Shown here: in pieces, positions 29,410 through 39,363 of the stretch
Layout of the letters: every line of letters begins with the position of its first letter
Numbering within the stretch: position 1 is the first letter of the stretch
Assembly (NCBI GenBank): GCA_963793265.1
Contig: CAWBZI010000002.1
Location: forward strand, 352,001-416,000
Length of the DNA: 64,000 bases
Direction of reading: 5' to 3'
Source: an uncultured cyanobacterium
GTDB lineage: Bacteria; Cyanobacteriota; Cyanobacteriia; Phormidesmidales; Phormidesmidaceae
Position numbers and translations under genes: made by a program
The notes under the pieces: model-generated
The model's database searches: none
Seen by the model: only the letters and a program-made list of their open reading frames with translations
Told to the model about the DNA's origin: nothing

Positions 29410-30257
29410 CGTGTTAGCAATCTCTCCTTTAACCAGTATTCGCTCAGGCCGGAGGCCAGCGCGTTAATAAACAACAGCAGCAACAGCAGCACAATCGCAG
29501 CAGCATAGGCATTGTCGTTCCCACCCGAGACGTTCATAGACAGATCGAAAATATGAATCGATAGGCTACGGCCAGAATCAAATAGAGAAGACGGCATTCG
29601 ATCGACGTAGCCACTGGTAAATATAAGCGCTGCGGTTTCGGCTAGCGCCCGCCCAATGCCTAAAATTAGCCCCACCGTCAAGCCCGGCAGCGCCGAGGGT
29701 AGCAGCACCTGGGAGAGCATTGTTGTTTTTGAAAACCCAAGTGCCGCGCCGCCCAGTCGGTATTCGTGTGGCACGGCGCGCAGTCCCTCTTCTGTGGTTC
29801 TAATTAGGATAGGTAGCACCATACAGGCCAGGGTTAATCCGCCTGCTAGAATCGAGAACCCAAGCCCTAACACCTTGCAAAAGAAGGCATTGCCAAACAG
29901 CCCAAAGACAATAGACGGCACGCCTGCTAGCACCTCTAAACTCAGCCGAATCCATCGGCCCAGCCCCCCATAAGCCAAAGACAGTTCGCTTAGAAAGAAA
30001 GCGGTGCCTAAGGCTATCGGCAGTGCGACCATCAAGCAAACGCTTAAGATCAACAGCGTAGATACCAAAATAGGGCCAATGCCGCCCTCGCGTCCGGCAT
30101 TCTCAGGCGCACTTACTAAAAATTGCCAGGACACATGAGCGAGCCCGTGCCAAAGCAAATCGCCAACGATCCAACAGAATGTTGCTGAAATCAGCACTGC
30201 TGTCAGCCAAACTGCCCCAGTTAGCAGACTATCTGCCCAGCGCCTGTAATCGCTCAT
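29406..30257 (-). CDS. pstA: Phosphate ABC transporter permease
   Basis: GGIGPIL, LAGVPSIVFGLFG, GRALAETAAL; position in the operon. Confidence 0.92.
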   Translation of the reverse strand: MSDYRRWADSLLTGAVWLTAVLISATFCWIVGDLLWHGLAHVSWQFLVSAPENAGREGGIGPILVSTLLILSVCLMVALPIALGTAFFLSELSLAYGGLGRWIRLSLEVLAGVPSIVFGLFGNAFFCKVLGLGFSILAGGLTLACMVLPILIRTTEEGLRAVPHEYRLGGAALGFSKTTMLSQVLLPSALPGLTVGLILGIGRALAETAALIFTSGYVDRMPSSLFDSGRSLSIHIFDLSMNVSGGNDNAYAAAIVLLLLLLFINALASGLSEYWLKERLLTR

Positions 30258-30267
30258 TGAATATTAC

Positions 30268-31119
30268 TCATCGAACAATGCCTCCTTCTCGGCCCAGCCA
30301 GTCGGCTATCCCGACTAGCCCCACAATCGTCAGCAGCAAAATTAGCCCACTCACGAACAGCGCAGCGCGATGATCGCCGGTTGCATAGGCCATTTCCAGC
30401 GCAATATTAGCGGTTAGCGTCCGCATGGGTGAAAACAAACTCTCAGGCACCTGCACAACATTGCCGCAAACCATCAGCAGCGCCATTGTTTCTCCTAACG
30501 CCCGTCCGCCTGCTAGCACTAGCCCTGTTAATACGCCCGAGCGAGCTGCCGGTAGCAAAATATGCCGCAACTGCGTCCAGCGTGAGAGCCCTAGCGCGAT
30601 CGCCCCCTGCCGGTAGGCAAAGGGCACATCGCTCAAACTCGCCTGAGTCATCAGCGCCACTGTCGGCAAAATCATCAGCGTTAAAATAACAATGCCTGTA
30701 AACAACCCCTGCCCTGGCGGCTGCCAGCGGTTAATCATGGGCACCAGCACCACCAAACCCCAAAAGCCATACACCACCGAGGGAATGCCTGCTAGCAGCT
30801 CAATAATTCGGCGGTAAGCTTTAGCCAGTAGCGGCGGCGCGTACACCTGGCAAAACAGCGCTGAGAGAATGCCCAGTGGCGCAGATAGCGCGATCGCTCC
30901 GGCGGAGGTCAGCAGCGTACCATACACAATCGGCAACAGATTAAACTCGCCCGATGTCGGATTCCATTGGGCGTCTGTGAAGAAGGGGCGCAGGCCAATG
31001 CTGCTTAAAATTGGCCAGGTTTCGCGTAGTAAAAAGCCAGCAATCAGCAGCGTTATCAAGCCAGCGATCGCAGCAAATCCTTGCGCAAAAAAAGTAAGCG
31101 GGCGATCGCGCCATGCCAT
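30268..31119 (-). CDS. pstC: Phosphate ABC transporter permease
   Basis: WNPTSGEF, ELLAGIPSVVYGFWG, GRALGETMA. ATG 31119 with AAGGAG RBS preferred over the ORF start that overlaps pstS. Confidence 0.92.
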   Translation of the reverse strand: MAWRDRPLTFFAQGFAAIAGLITLLIAGFLLRETWPILSSIGLRPFFTDAQWNPTSGEFNLLPIVYGTLLTSAGAIALSAPLGILSALFCQVYAPPLLAKAYRRIIELLAGIPSVVYGFWGLVVLVPMINRWQPPGQGLFTGIVILTLMILPTVALMTQASLSDVPFAYRQGAIALGLSRWTQLRHILLPAARSGVLTGLVLAGGRALGETMALLMVCGNVVQVPESLFSPMRTLTANIALEMAYATGDHRAALFVSGLILLLTIVGLVGIADWLGREGGIVR

Positions 31120-31135
31120 TTCTCCTTTTTTAATG

Positions 31136-32002
31136 TCACTCCCCAATAATCGGGACAAAGTACTGCGTTTCAATAATCTCATAAGCGTCAGGAGACTGTG
31201 CAAATTCAACAAAAGCGCTGGCTTCATCCGTAAGCTCGTTTGGCGTTACCAAATTCAGCTCTCTAGAAATAGGAAACTGACCGCCCTTTACAGTAGCCGT
31301 ACTCGCCTCAATTCCGTCTATTTTCACCAGCTTAATCGGCACGCCCTGCTCAATACTGTTTTCCGCTGAACCAATCGAAACGTAGCCTACCGCGTTCTGG
31401 TTCCCGGCCACAGTTTTTATGCCTTGCTCATTATCTCCAATCACCACGTCAGCTTTAACATCAGCCGCCTCTAAGTCCAAATACTTCAAAAACAGCTCCA
31501 GCGTAGAGCGCCCCTCTGCTTTATTCACCACCGTAATCGGCTTGGCCGCTCCACCAACGGCCTGCCAGCTATCAACGTCTCCCCGATAAATCTGTTCTAT
31601 TTGACTTTCACTCAGCTCGCTAACAGGATTACTCTCATGCACAATCATCGCAATCCCATCTAGGGCAATCGGAAACGCCCTCAGGTCGGGTTCGTCTGCG
31701 CCAAGCGATCTTGAAACCATTCCCAAATCAGCCACCCCAGCGCGGGCGTCCGCAATTCCCCGAGAAGAGCCTCCCGACTGCACATCCACCCGCACGCCGG
31801 GATTATCTTGCTCAAACTGCTTACCAATCTCAGCCGCTAAAGGTGCAACCGTACTAGATCCTGTCAGCACAATCTTTCCCTGCAGCTCGCGCTGCCCCCC
31901 CGCTGAGACTTCTGCAGACTCGCTTGATTGAGAGCAAGATTGCAGCCACAGACTGCCCACCAGTCCAATACTAAGTAAAACCGAAGGTTTAACGTTAAGC
32001 AT
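31136..32002 (-). CDS. pstS: Phosphate ABC transporter substrate-binding lipoprotein
   Basis: Lipobox LQSC, TGSSTVAP, SGGSSRG, GMVSR, IALDGIA. Confidence 0.9.
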   Translation of the reverse strand: MLNVKPSVLLSIGLVGSLWLQSCSQSSESAEVSAGGQRELQGKIVLTGSSTVAPLAAEIGKQFEQDNPGVRVDVQSGGSSRGIADARAGVADLGMVSRSLGADEPDLRAFPIALDGIAMIVHESNPVSELSESQIEQIYRGDVDSWQAVGGAAKPITVVNKAEGRSTLELFLKYLDLEAADVKADVVIGDNEQGIKTVAGNQNAVGYVSIGSAENSIEQGVPIKLVKIDGIEASTATVKGGQFPISRELNLVTPNELTDEASAFVEFAQSPDAYEIIETQYFVPIIGE

Positions 32003-32045
32003 AATTCTTGTCAGCTAAAAACAATACAAAAGTCAAGGAAATCTC

Positions 32046-32384
32046 TTAAAAGCAAAGGATACAGCAGCCTAAGTTGAGCCCTTTAGACCTGCTCCCTTTT
32101 GAATCAACAACCTCAACTGCTGGCGACAGCCGATACAGCCGTCCCTTTCCCGTCTGCTCAGAAGTCAAAAACCCTGCCTTGCGTAAGGTCTTTAAATGAT
32201 GCGACAGCAAACTCTGCTCAATTTTGATCACCTGATTGATCTCTGCTACTCGCTTAGGGCTCTCTAACAACAGCTCTAGAACCGCCAGCCGGGTAGAATT
32301 GGCGACTATCTTTAACCGATCGGCACATTCTGTAGGCAACACAGGCACACACTCCCAAGACAACGGCTTTGTGAAGGCTCTCAC
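32046..32384 (-). CDS. ArsR/SmtB-family transcriptional regulator
   Basis: LKIVANSTRLAVL, QSLLSHHLKTLR helix-turn-helix, C-terminal LGCC. Confidence 0.88.
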   Translation of the reverse strand: MRAFTKPLSWECVPVLPTECADRLKIVANSTRLAVLELLLESPKRVAEINQVIKIEQSLLSHHLKTLRKAGFLTSEQTGKGRLYRLSPAVEVVDSKGSRSKGLNLGCCILCF

Positions 32385-32443
32385 TTCTGCTCAGTATCCT
32401 TCCAGAGGAACCTGAAGCTGAGATGAGAATGAACTAAACTTCA

Positions 32444-32461
32444 TATGAAAATTCGTTCATA
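32444..32461. promoter_or_regulatory. Candidate ArsR operator (inverted repeat)
   Basis: TATGAA-N6-TTCATA about 60 bp upstream of the arsR-like start. Confidence 0.45.
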
Positions 32462-32783
32462 GATAGACCAAAATATCATTTTCTGATCCAGATTGCTGCT
32501 GTTCGAGGCAGATTGCAGGTTGCTATTTGCGAAGTCACTCTCTCATTTTGAGTACGCTCAAATATACGTAGGCTTTTTGTATTCTCATGAGTTTCTCATT
32601 TTCAAAGAGATTCAAAAACGAAGATAGATCTGTCTTAGAAGCAATGTGACCGTAACTGTCAAAGCACTCTTAAATTCTTAAAAGTAAGTTCATAGGCTCA
32701 TGTTGCATTCAAGTAGGATCTGAATATAAGCTTAAATGTTTTCAATACTACTCACAACAACTGTCCACTGCCATAGCCGGTAA

Positions 32784-32980
32784 ATGCTAGAAACAAACGC
32801 AGAGCAACGTTTTATTGTTATTGACGACCACGATGCTATTTTAAAGGGTACAATTCCGGCGCTTCAGCAAAGATATCCGAGGGCTGGGGCATTACAACTG
32901 CTGGTAACGTACAGACTGCTGAGCAGCTAATTGCTCGCCATCAGCCTAACTTAGCGATTGTCGATCTTAGCTTGCCGCTA
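32784..32980 (+). pseudogene. NarL-like response regulator N-terminal remnant, frameshifted and cut off by the IS5 fragment
   Basis: MLETNAEQRFIVIDDHDAILKGT...; after a frameshift ...QTAEQLIARHQPNLAIVDLSLP, followed directly by IS sequence. Confidence 0.75.
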
Positions 32981-34041
32981 ACAAAAAGTACGCACCTGTA
33001 CGCCAGACGGATGATACTTGATGCCTCGGAACCCTTTGTCCACAGCGGCTTGCTTCGGCGTCGCCCCGGTGAGCCGCTGCGTCTGCTCAATCGCAGCGCT
33101 CAAGGTTGCGCCGTCGTAGGGATGACCATGGACAGCCGCTGCGCCGACAATCCAGTTGCTATGGCTAGTTGTCACCAGCACGACTTTGCAGCCAAACTCG
33201 TAGCGTTTGTTGACTTTGCCTTTGGCAATACATTCTACTTCTGGCGCATGCATACTGTAGAGCTTGTTAGAATCACTCCGCTGTTGTTGTTTAATCTGCG
33301 AGTGCTCTCTTCAACAACGTGGCCATCTGAGCATCCGGCTGCGGTAGCTTTCGTTCAATATCTCGAATCACACGACCCAGATAAGTACGTAGTTTTCGAG
33401 CATACTTCTTCGCTCGTTTTAGCTGGCTAGCCGCGCGGTAAGGGACATGCGTCTAAATAAAGTACCGCTGATAGCGCTGTTCATTGCCTCGGGCATAGCA
33501 GTGCTAAGCCCCTACAGAAATTGACGGTGACGTAGGGGCATAGCACGCTAAGCCCAGGGCAATATTTGTCGGTTTGCCGGTACTTTATTTGAGCGCAGCT
33601 CCCTAACGACTTTGCTTGAAGAAAGCGTACTTGCCAACGCGGACATAGCTTTGACGCAATTTTATATTTCTCTTTTTTGCCGCGCGTACCAGCGTCTTCC
33701 TCGCCTGCTGATAAAGCCAGAGCATCGGTTGGAAACGCCACTGCTTTTTCTTGGACAGTGGCATCTACATTCACGCGCTCAATTTCTCTGGGTCTTAGCA
33801 TCGCTGTGCTCATCGCGCTGCGAACGACTTGACCCAACAGCAGCTCAATTCCTTCAGTCCCTACTTGCTTACGCCACTTCACCAAACTGGTCGGATGGTA
33901 GGGCAGTTCATGCTGAAACATCGTCTCACCGCAAAAATATTGCCAGTAAGGATTCTCAACCCATTTTGCCACCACGGACTCATCGCTTTCGTCGTACAGC
34001 GCTTTGAGGCAGTGCAAGCCCACCATTAAGCGCGTGGGCAA
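32978..34041 (-). mobile_element. IS5-family transposase pseudogene (truncated, frameshifted, interrupted by MITE)
   Basis: PTRLMVGL...WVENPYWQYFCGE, VDATVQEKAVAFPTD, HAPEVECIAKGK...YEFGCKV, VDKGFRG. Confidence 0.9.
33442..33603 (-). mobile_element. 162-bp MITE copy 2, inverted relative to copy 1
   Basis: Reverse complement matches 28342-28503 with one mismatch by eye; TAA on both sides. Confidence 0.92.
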
Positions 34042-34139
34042 GCTTTTTTTGGCGGTAACGGCTTATCTGGTCATTCTACCGCGCTATTCATAGCCCAAAA
34101 CACCTGTGTGGCATGACCTGAAGCAGTTTTTCAGGGACG

Positions 34140-34702
34140 ACTAGCCTAACCAAGCGGTCATTACGAAAAACCTTTCGGGTTTTGCGGTTAAGAACAATGT
34201 TGGCACAGTACAAAGCTGCCTCTGAAGTGTCTAGAGTTCTACGATGACCTGTTATTCTCGTACGAATGCGGGCAACAAACTCTTCTTCTACAAAAGGCAT
34301 AGAGATTCAGTCATCAGCACCTGCTTCAAACCCTGCAATTCGCTCACGCATCCCCTCTCCTCTTGTGAGCAAAATGATCGGCTGATCGCCTCTATTATTT
34401 GTCTTTAGACGACTGCAGATATCTAACCCTGTGAGTCTAGGCGGCTCCCAATCTACAACAATGAGATCTGGGCAAAGGCGCTTGACAGCAAGTAGCCCCC
34501 GCAGGCCATCGTGAATAACGCTGATCTGATAGCCTGCGCAAGAGAGTGTCGCCTGCAGTTTCTCAACTAGCTCTATATCATCGGAGATAATAATCCGCTT
34601 GAGCGCAGCTGACTGGTACGCTATTCGTCTGCCAGTGCCTTTCAGCCATGAAGTGCGGTTTTGAAAAGGAACAGTCGGCGCTTGCTGAAAGGAAACAACC
34701 AT
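34140..34702 (-). pseudogene. OmpR-family response regulator with in-frame stop and truncated DNA-binding domain
   Basis: Receiver domain ...AGFEAGADD*ISMPFVEEEFVARIR... with TGA at 34307-34309; similarity ends after RKVFRNDRLVRL. Confidence 0.8.
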
Positions 34703-34955
34703 GGCTTAATCTTCCGAATACATTAACAGTTCGATACTTTTATACTGGTGCTGAGCCGCTAGCCTGTCAGCAGCGTTCTATGAAACTCGCTTTCTAAATT
34801 TAGAAAATTAGGGCGTAGAACGAACGGAAAAACCGTGTCTCGCTTGCCTTTAGCAGTCATTGTTAAGAAAAAAGAAAAATCTTATAGACTGTCGTTGAGA
34901 AAGTCATAGAATACGACATCGTTAGATACTTTGGGACAAATCACTGTTTCTCACT

Positions 34956-35004
34956 AAAAAAACGCCCTGTAGCTGTCTCTTACTAGAGAATAGCTACAGG
35001 GCGT
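34956..35004 (-). terminator. Intrinsic terminator downstream of the PEP-CTERM gene
   Basis: Stem ACGCCCTGTAGCT...AGCTACAGGGCGT followed by a T-run on the minus strand. Confidence 0.75.
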
Positions 35005-35066
35005 AGTCAAAAGCTAACCTATTTCTGTTTCTTTTCTTATCAGGTCTGATATCTCACGCTTACGGC

Positions 35067-35645
35067 TTAGTAATCGCCTTTGCGTCGCAGACGACTGCTG
35101 ATGCCAACTATACCTACAATGCCCAACAACAAACCGGGCTCTGGCACCTCCTGCGAAGCGGGCGGCTCAGAGCTTGCCTGCCTATACACAGATAGATGTG
35201 AGAGTCCTGGCGTATTGCCTTTTTTCCCAACCTTTGCGACACCTGCCGTTCCCCAATCAAAAGCTGCCAGGTCGCTGACGGTGTACAGGGAATAAGAATT
35301 ACCTGCCTTGATTGCGATCGCACCTAGTCCGCTCAGCCCTGTCGAAGCGCTTCCTAACTGACTACTTTCACCACCGTCCGTAAACGAAACGAATCCATCT
35401 TCATTGTCGCCGACAAAAGACCAGCCTTCCCCAAACAGTGAATTGAGATTTAATAATCCGCTGCCCTGAGCACCTTTGTCATTTCCTGAAAATGAGCCTG
35501 CGCAGTCAAGATAGCTAAAGCTGACCTCGGAGCAAGTGCTGCTACCTCCCAGCACAGCAGCTTTTGCAGATGACGTTACGCCTTGCACCGATAACAGAGC
35601 CACAGTTGTTGCTGTTACTAGCGCTAGCTTCTTCTTTCTTGCCAT
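35067..35645 (-). CDS. PEP-CTERM secreted protein
   Basis: Signal peptide, LSHLSVY, VPEP followed by a transmembrane helix and RLRRK. Confidence 0.9.
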   Translation of the reverse strand: MARKKKLALVTATTVALLSVQGVTSSAKAAVLGGSSTCSEVSFSYLDCAGSFSGNDKGAQGSGLLNLNSLFGEGWSFVGDNEDGFVSFTDGGESSQLGSASTGLSGLGAIAIKAGNSYSLYTVSDLAAFDWGTAGVAKVGKKGNTPGLSHLSVYRQASSEPPASQEVPEPGLLLGIVGIVGISSRLRRKGDY

Positions 35646-36075
35646 AAATTATTTCCTCTATCAGTAGACGATCACAATCTAAGAGAAAAAAGCACAATCT
35701 ATGCTGAGTGAAATTACTTGCTCTGGTAAAGCTTTATCAAAATAATATATGCAGCAGCCTCATTTTTTATGAGCACTTGCTGACGCTAGTTTACCGAGGG
35801 CTTGCAGATAAAAGACCAGCGGCCTGTCATTGTCAAGCTATTGAAAAATGACAGGCCGCTAACTGAGCTGACTGCCAGACTTGATTAGCGATATTGAGAT
35901 TCACTTTATTCAGCGCGTCACCCTCTCAAAAGGAATCCCAACCAAGCTCTGAATTTCTCTAGACCACTTAAGTCTGAAAATCAGACAGTCCGGGCATTAT
36001 TAGGTAGCAATCGTTTGCCGAATTTGGCAGCACGGCCTTAAGGAAACATCGTGAAAGAGATCGCGAAGGAAGCTC

Positions 36076-37899
36076 ATGGACAGACTCAATCAATGGCTTA
36101 GGCAATCACTGTTCAATAGAACCTCTATTATCAGTCTGACTATCTTGCTACCAATACATTTGTATTTGGCTAAGATATCGGGCATTTTCGCTTTTGACGA
36201 TGGAACCGGCGTCATCTGGCCCTCTACAGGGGTGTTTATGGCGGTAGTGTTCATCTTTGGGCCAAAGAAGATGTGGCTACCCATTTTCATCTGCGACTTG
36301 GTTGCAAACGAGTTTCTTTACTATCACTACTGGCCAGCTAGTCTATTGATTGCAGGAATAGCAACGATAGACTACATCGTAATCAGCAGCCTAATTCTGC
36401 ATTTTGTAAGAAATAGAAAACCTTTCGAGCGAATTGCCGATACGCTCAAGTTTCTCTGCCTGGTGGTGCCTGTTCCTTTCGTAACTTCTGCCTTGTCGAT
36501 TGCCGCGCAGTGCCTTCTTGCAGGCAGTAGCTGGCGCGATTTTTTACCGCTCTACAGAGGATGGATAGCTTCAATCACGACTGGCATGATGATTGTCTCA
36601 CCAGTCATGATTTGTACGTGGCAATCTATTCAAGCGAAACGCTGGAAGCTTCGCAAGAGAGAACTTGCAGAATTTCTCTTTGTGCTGAGCCTGCTGATTG
36701 TGACGGGTCTAACTGCTTTTTCTGGAACGACGCCTGTTGAGTACGTCATGATTTTGCCGCTGATTTGGGCGGCTATTCGATTTGGGCCTCGGGAGGCTTC
36801 CTTTTTAGCACTGGTGATGAGTGCGATCGCTATTTTTCAAACGCTTCGCGGCAATGGGTCTTTTGCCCAGAGTGAAGTATACGAAGCCGCTATCTTACTT
36901 CAGTCTTTCGTAGTAGCACTCACCGTTGCAACGCTAGTACTATCTGCTGCCATTCAGGAAAATCGGAGGGCTAATAGAAACCTCAGACACGCCAACGAAG
37001 ATCTTGAACATCGAGTAGAAGAGCGCACTGGAGAACTTACCGAGATACTCAGAGAGCTGAAGAAGACACAGGCGCATCTGGTGCAGCAAGAGAAGATGTC
37101 TGGCCTTGGCCAAATGGTCGCAGGTGTAGCGCATGAAATCAACAATCCAGTGAACTTTATTCATGGCAATATCAAATATATAGAAAGCCACTGTAATGAT
37201 CTTATAGAATTTGTCCAGCTTTATGAGACGCATTATCCAGATCCTGTTGAAGAAATTCAGGAGCAAGCGGAAGAGCTAGAGATTGATTTTGTTAAAGAGG
37301 ATTTGAGTAAAACCCTATCTGCGATGAAAGAAGGGACAACTCGGATCAAAGAGATTGTTCTATCGCTACGCAACTTTTCTCGAATGGACGAGGCAGAGTG
37401 CAAAGCCGTTGATATTCATGAGGGCATAGAAAGCACGCTGATGATTTTGCAGCATCAAATAAAGGCTAGCGGCGATCGCCCTGAAATTAAAATTATTAGA
37501 GACTTCGATCAGCTACCAGAAATAGAGTGCTATGCCGGACAGCTCAACCAGGTATTTATGAACATTTTAGTGAATGGTATCGACGCGCTAACAACCGAGC
37601 TAGCAGAAAACCCTGATTCTGACAAAATCCTGCAAATTATCATTCGCACTGAAACTCGTGCAGAGAGCGTGGTAATTAGCATCGCAGATAATGGTACGGG
37701 CATTTCACCCGAAGTAAAAGCGCGAATTTTCGACCCATTCTTTACCACTAAAGCAGTGGGTAAAGGGACAGGCATGGGGATGGCAATTAGCTATCAGCTA
37801 GTGACTGAAAAGCATAAAGGCAAAATTGAATGCTTCTCTGACGAAGGTGTTGGCACAGAGTTCGTCATCGAACTGCCTATCCACTTAGCCAGTAGCTAA
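36076..37899 (+). CDS. MASE1-domain membrane sensor histidine kinase
   Basis: Multi-TM N-terminus ([15 protein letters not shown]), AHEINNP, DNGTG, GTGMGM. Confidence 0.92.
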   Translation: MDRLNQWLRQSLFNRTSIISLTILLPIHLYLAKISGIFAFDDGTGVIWPSTGVFMAVVFIFGPKKMWLPIFICDLVANEFLYYHYWPASLLIAGIATIDYIVISSLILHFVRNRKPFERIADTLKFLCLVVPVPFVTSALSIAAQCLLAGSSWRDFLPLYRGWIASITTGMMIVSPVMICTWQSIQAKRWKLRKRELAEFLFVLSLLIVTGLTAFSGTTPVEYVMILPLIWAAIRFGPREASFLALVMSAIAIFQTLRGNGSFAQSEVYEAAILLQSFVVALTVATLVLSAAIQENRRANRNLRHANEDLEHRVEERTGELTEILRELKKTQAHLVQQEKMSGLGQMVAGVAHEINNPVNFIHGNIKYIESHCNDLIEFVQLYETHYPDPVEEIQEQAEELEIDFVKEDLSKTLSAMKEGTTRIKEIVLSLRNFSRMDEAECKAVDIHEGIESTLMILQHQIKASGDRPEIKIIRDFDQLPEIECYAGQLNQVFMNILVNGIDALTTELAENPDSDKILQIIIRTETRAESVVISIADNGTGISPEVKARIFDPFFTTKAVGKGTGMGMAISYQLVTEKHKGKIECFSDEGVGTEFVIELPIHLASS

Positions 37900-37965
37900 C
37901 GACTGTCTTTTAACACATTCACGATCAGCCTTGAACAGTACCCAACAGATCATCTCAACAATACT

Positions 37966-38868
37966 ATGAACACTACCAGCCCACTGACCTTAGCTAGCCG
38001 CAATCCTGCTAAAAAGCCCTATATGCTTGTAGTAGATGACGAGCCCAATAACTTAGATTTACTCTATCGTGCCTTTCGCAAAGACTTTAAGGTGTTTAAA
38101 GCAGAGAGCGGCGCGGCAGCGCTTGAAGTGCTAGAAACCAAGGGAGAAATGGCAGTCATTATCTCTGATCAGCGGATGCCACTAATGAAGGGCACAGAGT
38201 TTTTAAGCAGAACAGTGGCTACTTTTCCTGATACGGTTCGCATTATTCTAACTGGGTTTACAGATGTCTCTGATCTGGTTGATGCGATTAATGCAAGCCA
38301 GGTATATCGCTATGTCACTAAGCCCTGGGATGCTGATAACCTGGAGCACTTGGTAGAGCTAGCCCTAGATACCTACACCAAGGCCAAGGCTTATCGTGAG
38401 GAGGCTTACCGAGCCGAAAAATTTTCTAAGCTGGTGGTTGCCATCGGTCAACTGGCCGCTCAATCACTAGAAAGATCTGAAGCGCTGACGTTTCTGGCAG
38501 AGGGCATTGGGCAGGTTTTGGATGCGGATGCCTGCGCGCTACTATTGACTGACAGCAGCGGGGCTGGATGTTATGGTGCCGCAGCGGTAGAAGCGGTCAA
38601 GGAAAATGGATTAGTGAGAGCAGCGATCGCCTCTGGGCAAATTCAATCTGCGCTCAAAATTCAGGCCAACGACGATCAGGCCAACGACGATCTCTATGCA
38701 GCCGGTGTCGAAAGCCATCTAACTATCCCAATTATTTGCCGAGGAGAAGCCTTAGCCGTCCTGTCTATACAGTGGAAAATTCCTTACGCAACCCTAGATG
38801 ATGTTGCTCAGCTCTTTAGACTTATCGCACCCCAGCTCGCATTGAGCTTGAAAGCCGTGGTGCTTTAA
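37966..38868 (+). CDS. Response regulator receiver with C-terminal GAF-like domain
   Basis: VVDDE, ISDQRMP, LTG, TKPW; C-terminal SHLTIPIICRGEALAVLSIQ. Confidence 0.88.
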   Translation: MNTTSPLTLASRNPAKKPYMLVVDDEPNNLDLLYRAFRKDFKVFKAESGAAALEVLETKGEMAVIISDQRMPLMKGTEFLSRTVATFPDTVRIILTGFTDVSDLVDAINASQVYRYVTKPWDADNLEHLVELALDTYTKAKAYREEAYRAEKFSKLVVAIGQLAAQSLERSEALTFLAEGIGQVLDADACALLLTDSSGAGCYGAAAVEAVKENGLVRAAIASGQIQSALKIQANDDQANDDLYAAGVESHLTIPIICRGEALAVLSIQWKIPYATLDDVAQLFRLIAPQLALSLKAVVL

Positions 38869-38923
38869 ATCGTGAAGGGACAGAACGTTGTAGGCGCAAC
38901 GCAAATAGCTCAATGCTGGAATT

Positions 38924-39259
38924 TTAGACAATAGGATGAGGAAATAGTTCTAGGGCGAGTTCAACTTGCAAGGGGCCTTCAATACAAGGCAGCATGGCAC
39001 CGAAGTAATCACCCACGCGTTTATCTTGGGCAAAGGTATCGGTTCTTATTCCATACGTGTTCAAGTCAGCATAGCGATAGATATTGAGAAATTGATCGTA
39101 ACGACCTGATTCTGTCACAAGCATTGAGACAGGCTCAATTCCTGCATCTTGAAGAATGGGAAGAAGAATCTGTTGGTGAATTCTGCTGAATTCTTCTCGT
39201 TTTCCTAGCTTAATTTGACCACGGACTAACTCATAGATTGGGGATGCAGAACCTAGCAT
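38924..39259 (-). CDS. NIPSNAP-like small protein
   Basis: IYELVRGQIKLGKREEF N-terminus; size and pattern fit a dimeric alpha/beta-barrel protein. Confidence 0.6.
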   Translation of the reverse strand: MLGSASPIYELVRGQIKLGKREEFSRIHQQILLPILQDAGIEPVSMLVTESGRYDQFLNIYRYADLNTYGIRTDTFAQDKRVGDYFGAMLPCIEGPLQVELALELFPHPIV

Positions 39260-39363
39260 GTTGACGCCTACTATAGGTAAAAACTACAGATGTGAATTTG
39301 ATTTGCGAAACGACGAGCTGATATTACTCACGAAAGAGCGGCTACCTTTTTAAAGCTACTTTT

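Noticed and set aside
28342..33603. CRISPR array or structured ncRNA
   Set aside because: Only two dispersed inverted copies with TIRs and target duplications; no repeat-spacer periodicity and no cas genes.
33481..33603. C-terminus of the 186-aa transposase ORF treated as real protein
   Set aside because: It is out-of-frame readthrough into the inserted MITE.
34307..34309. Selenocysteine recoding of the in-frame TGA
   Set aside because: The gene is also 3'-truncated, no SECIS-like hairpin was recognised, and a nonsense mutation is the simpler explanation.
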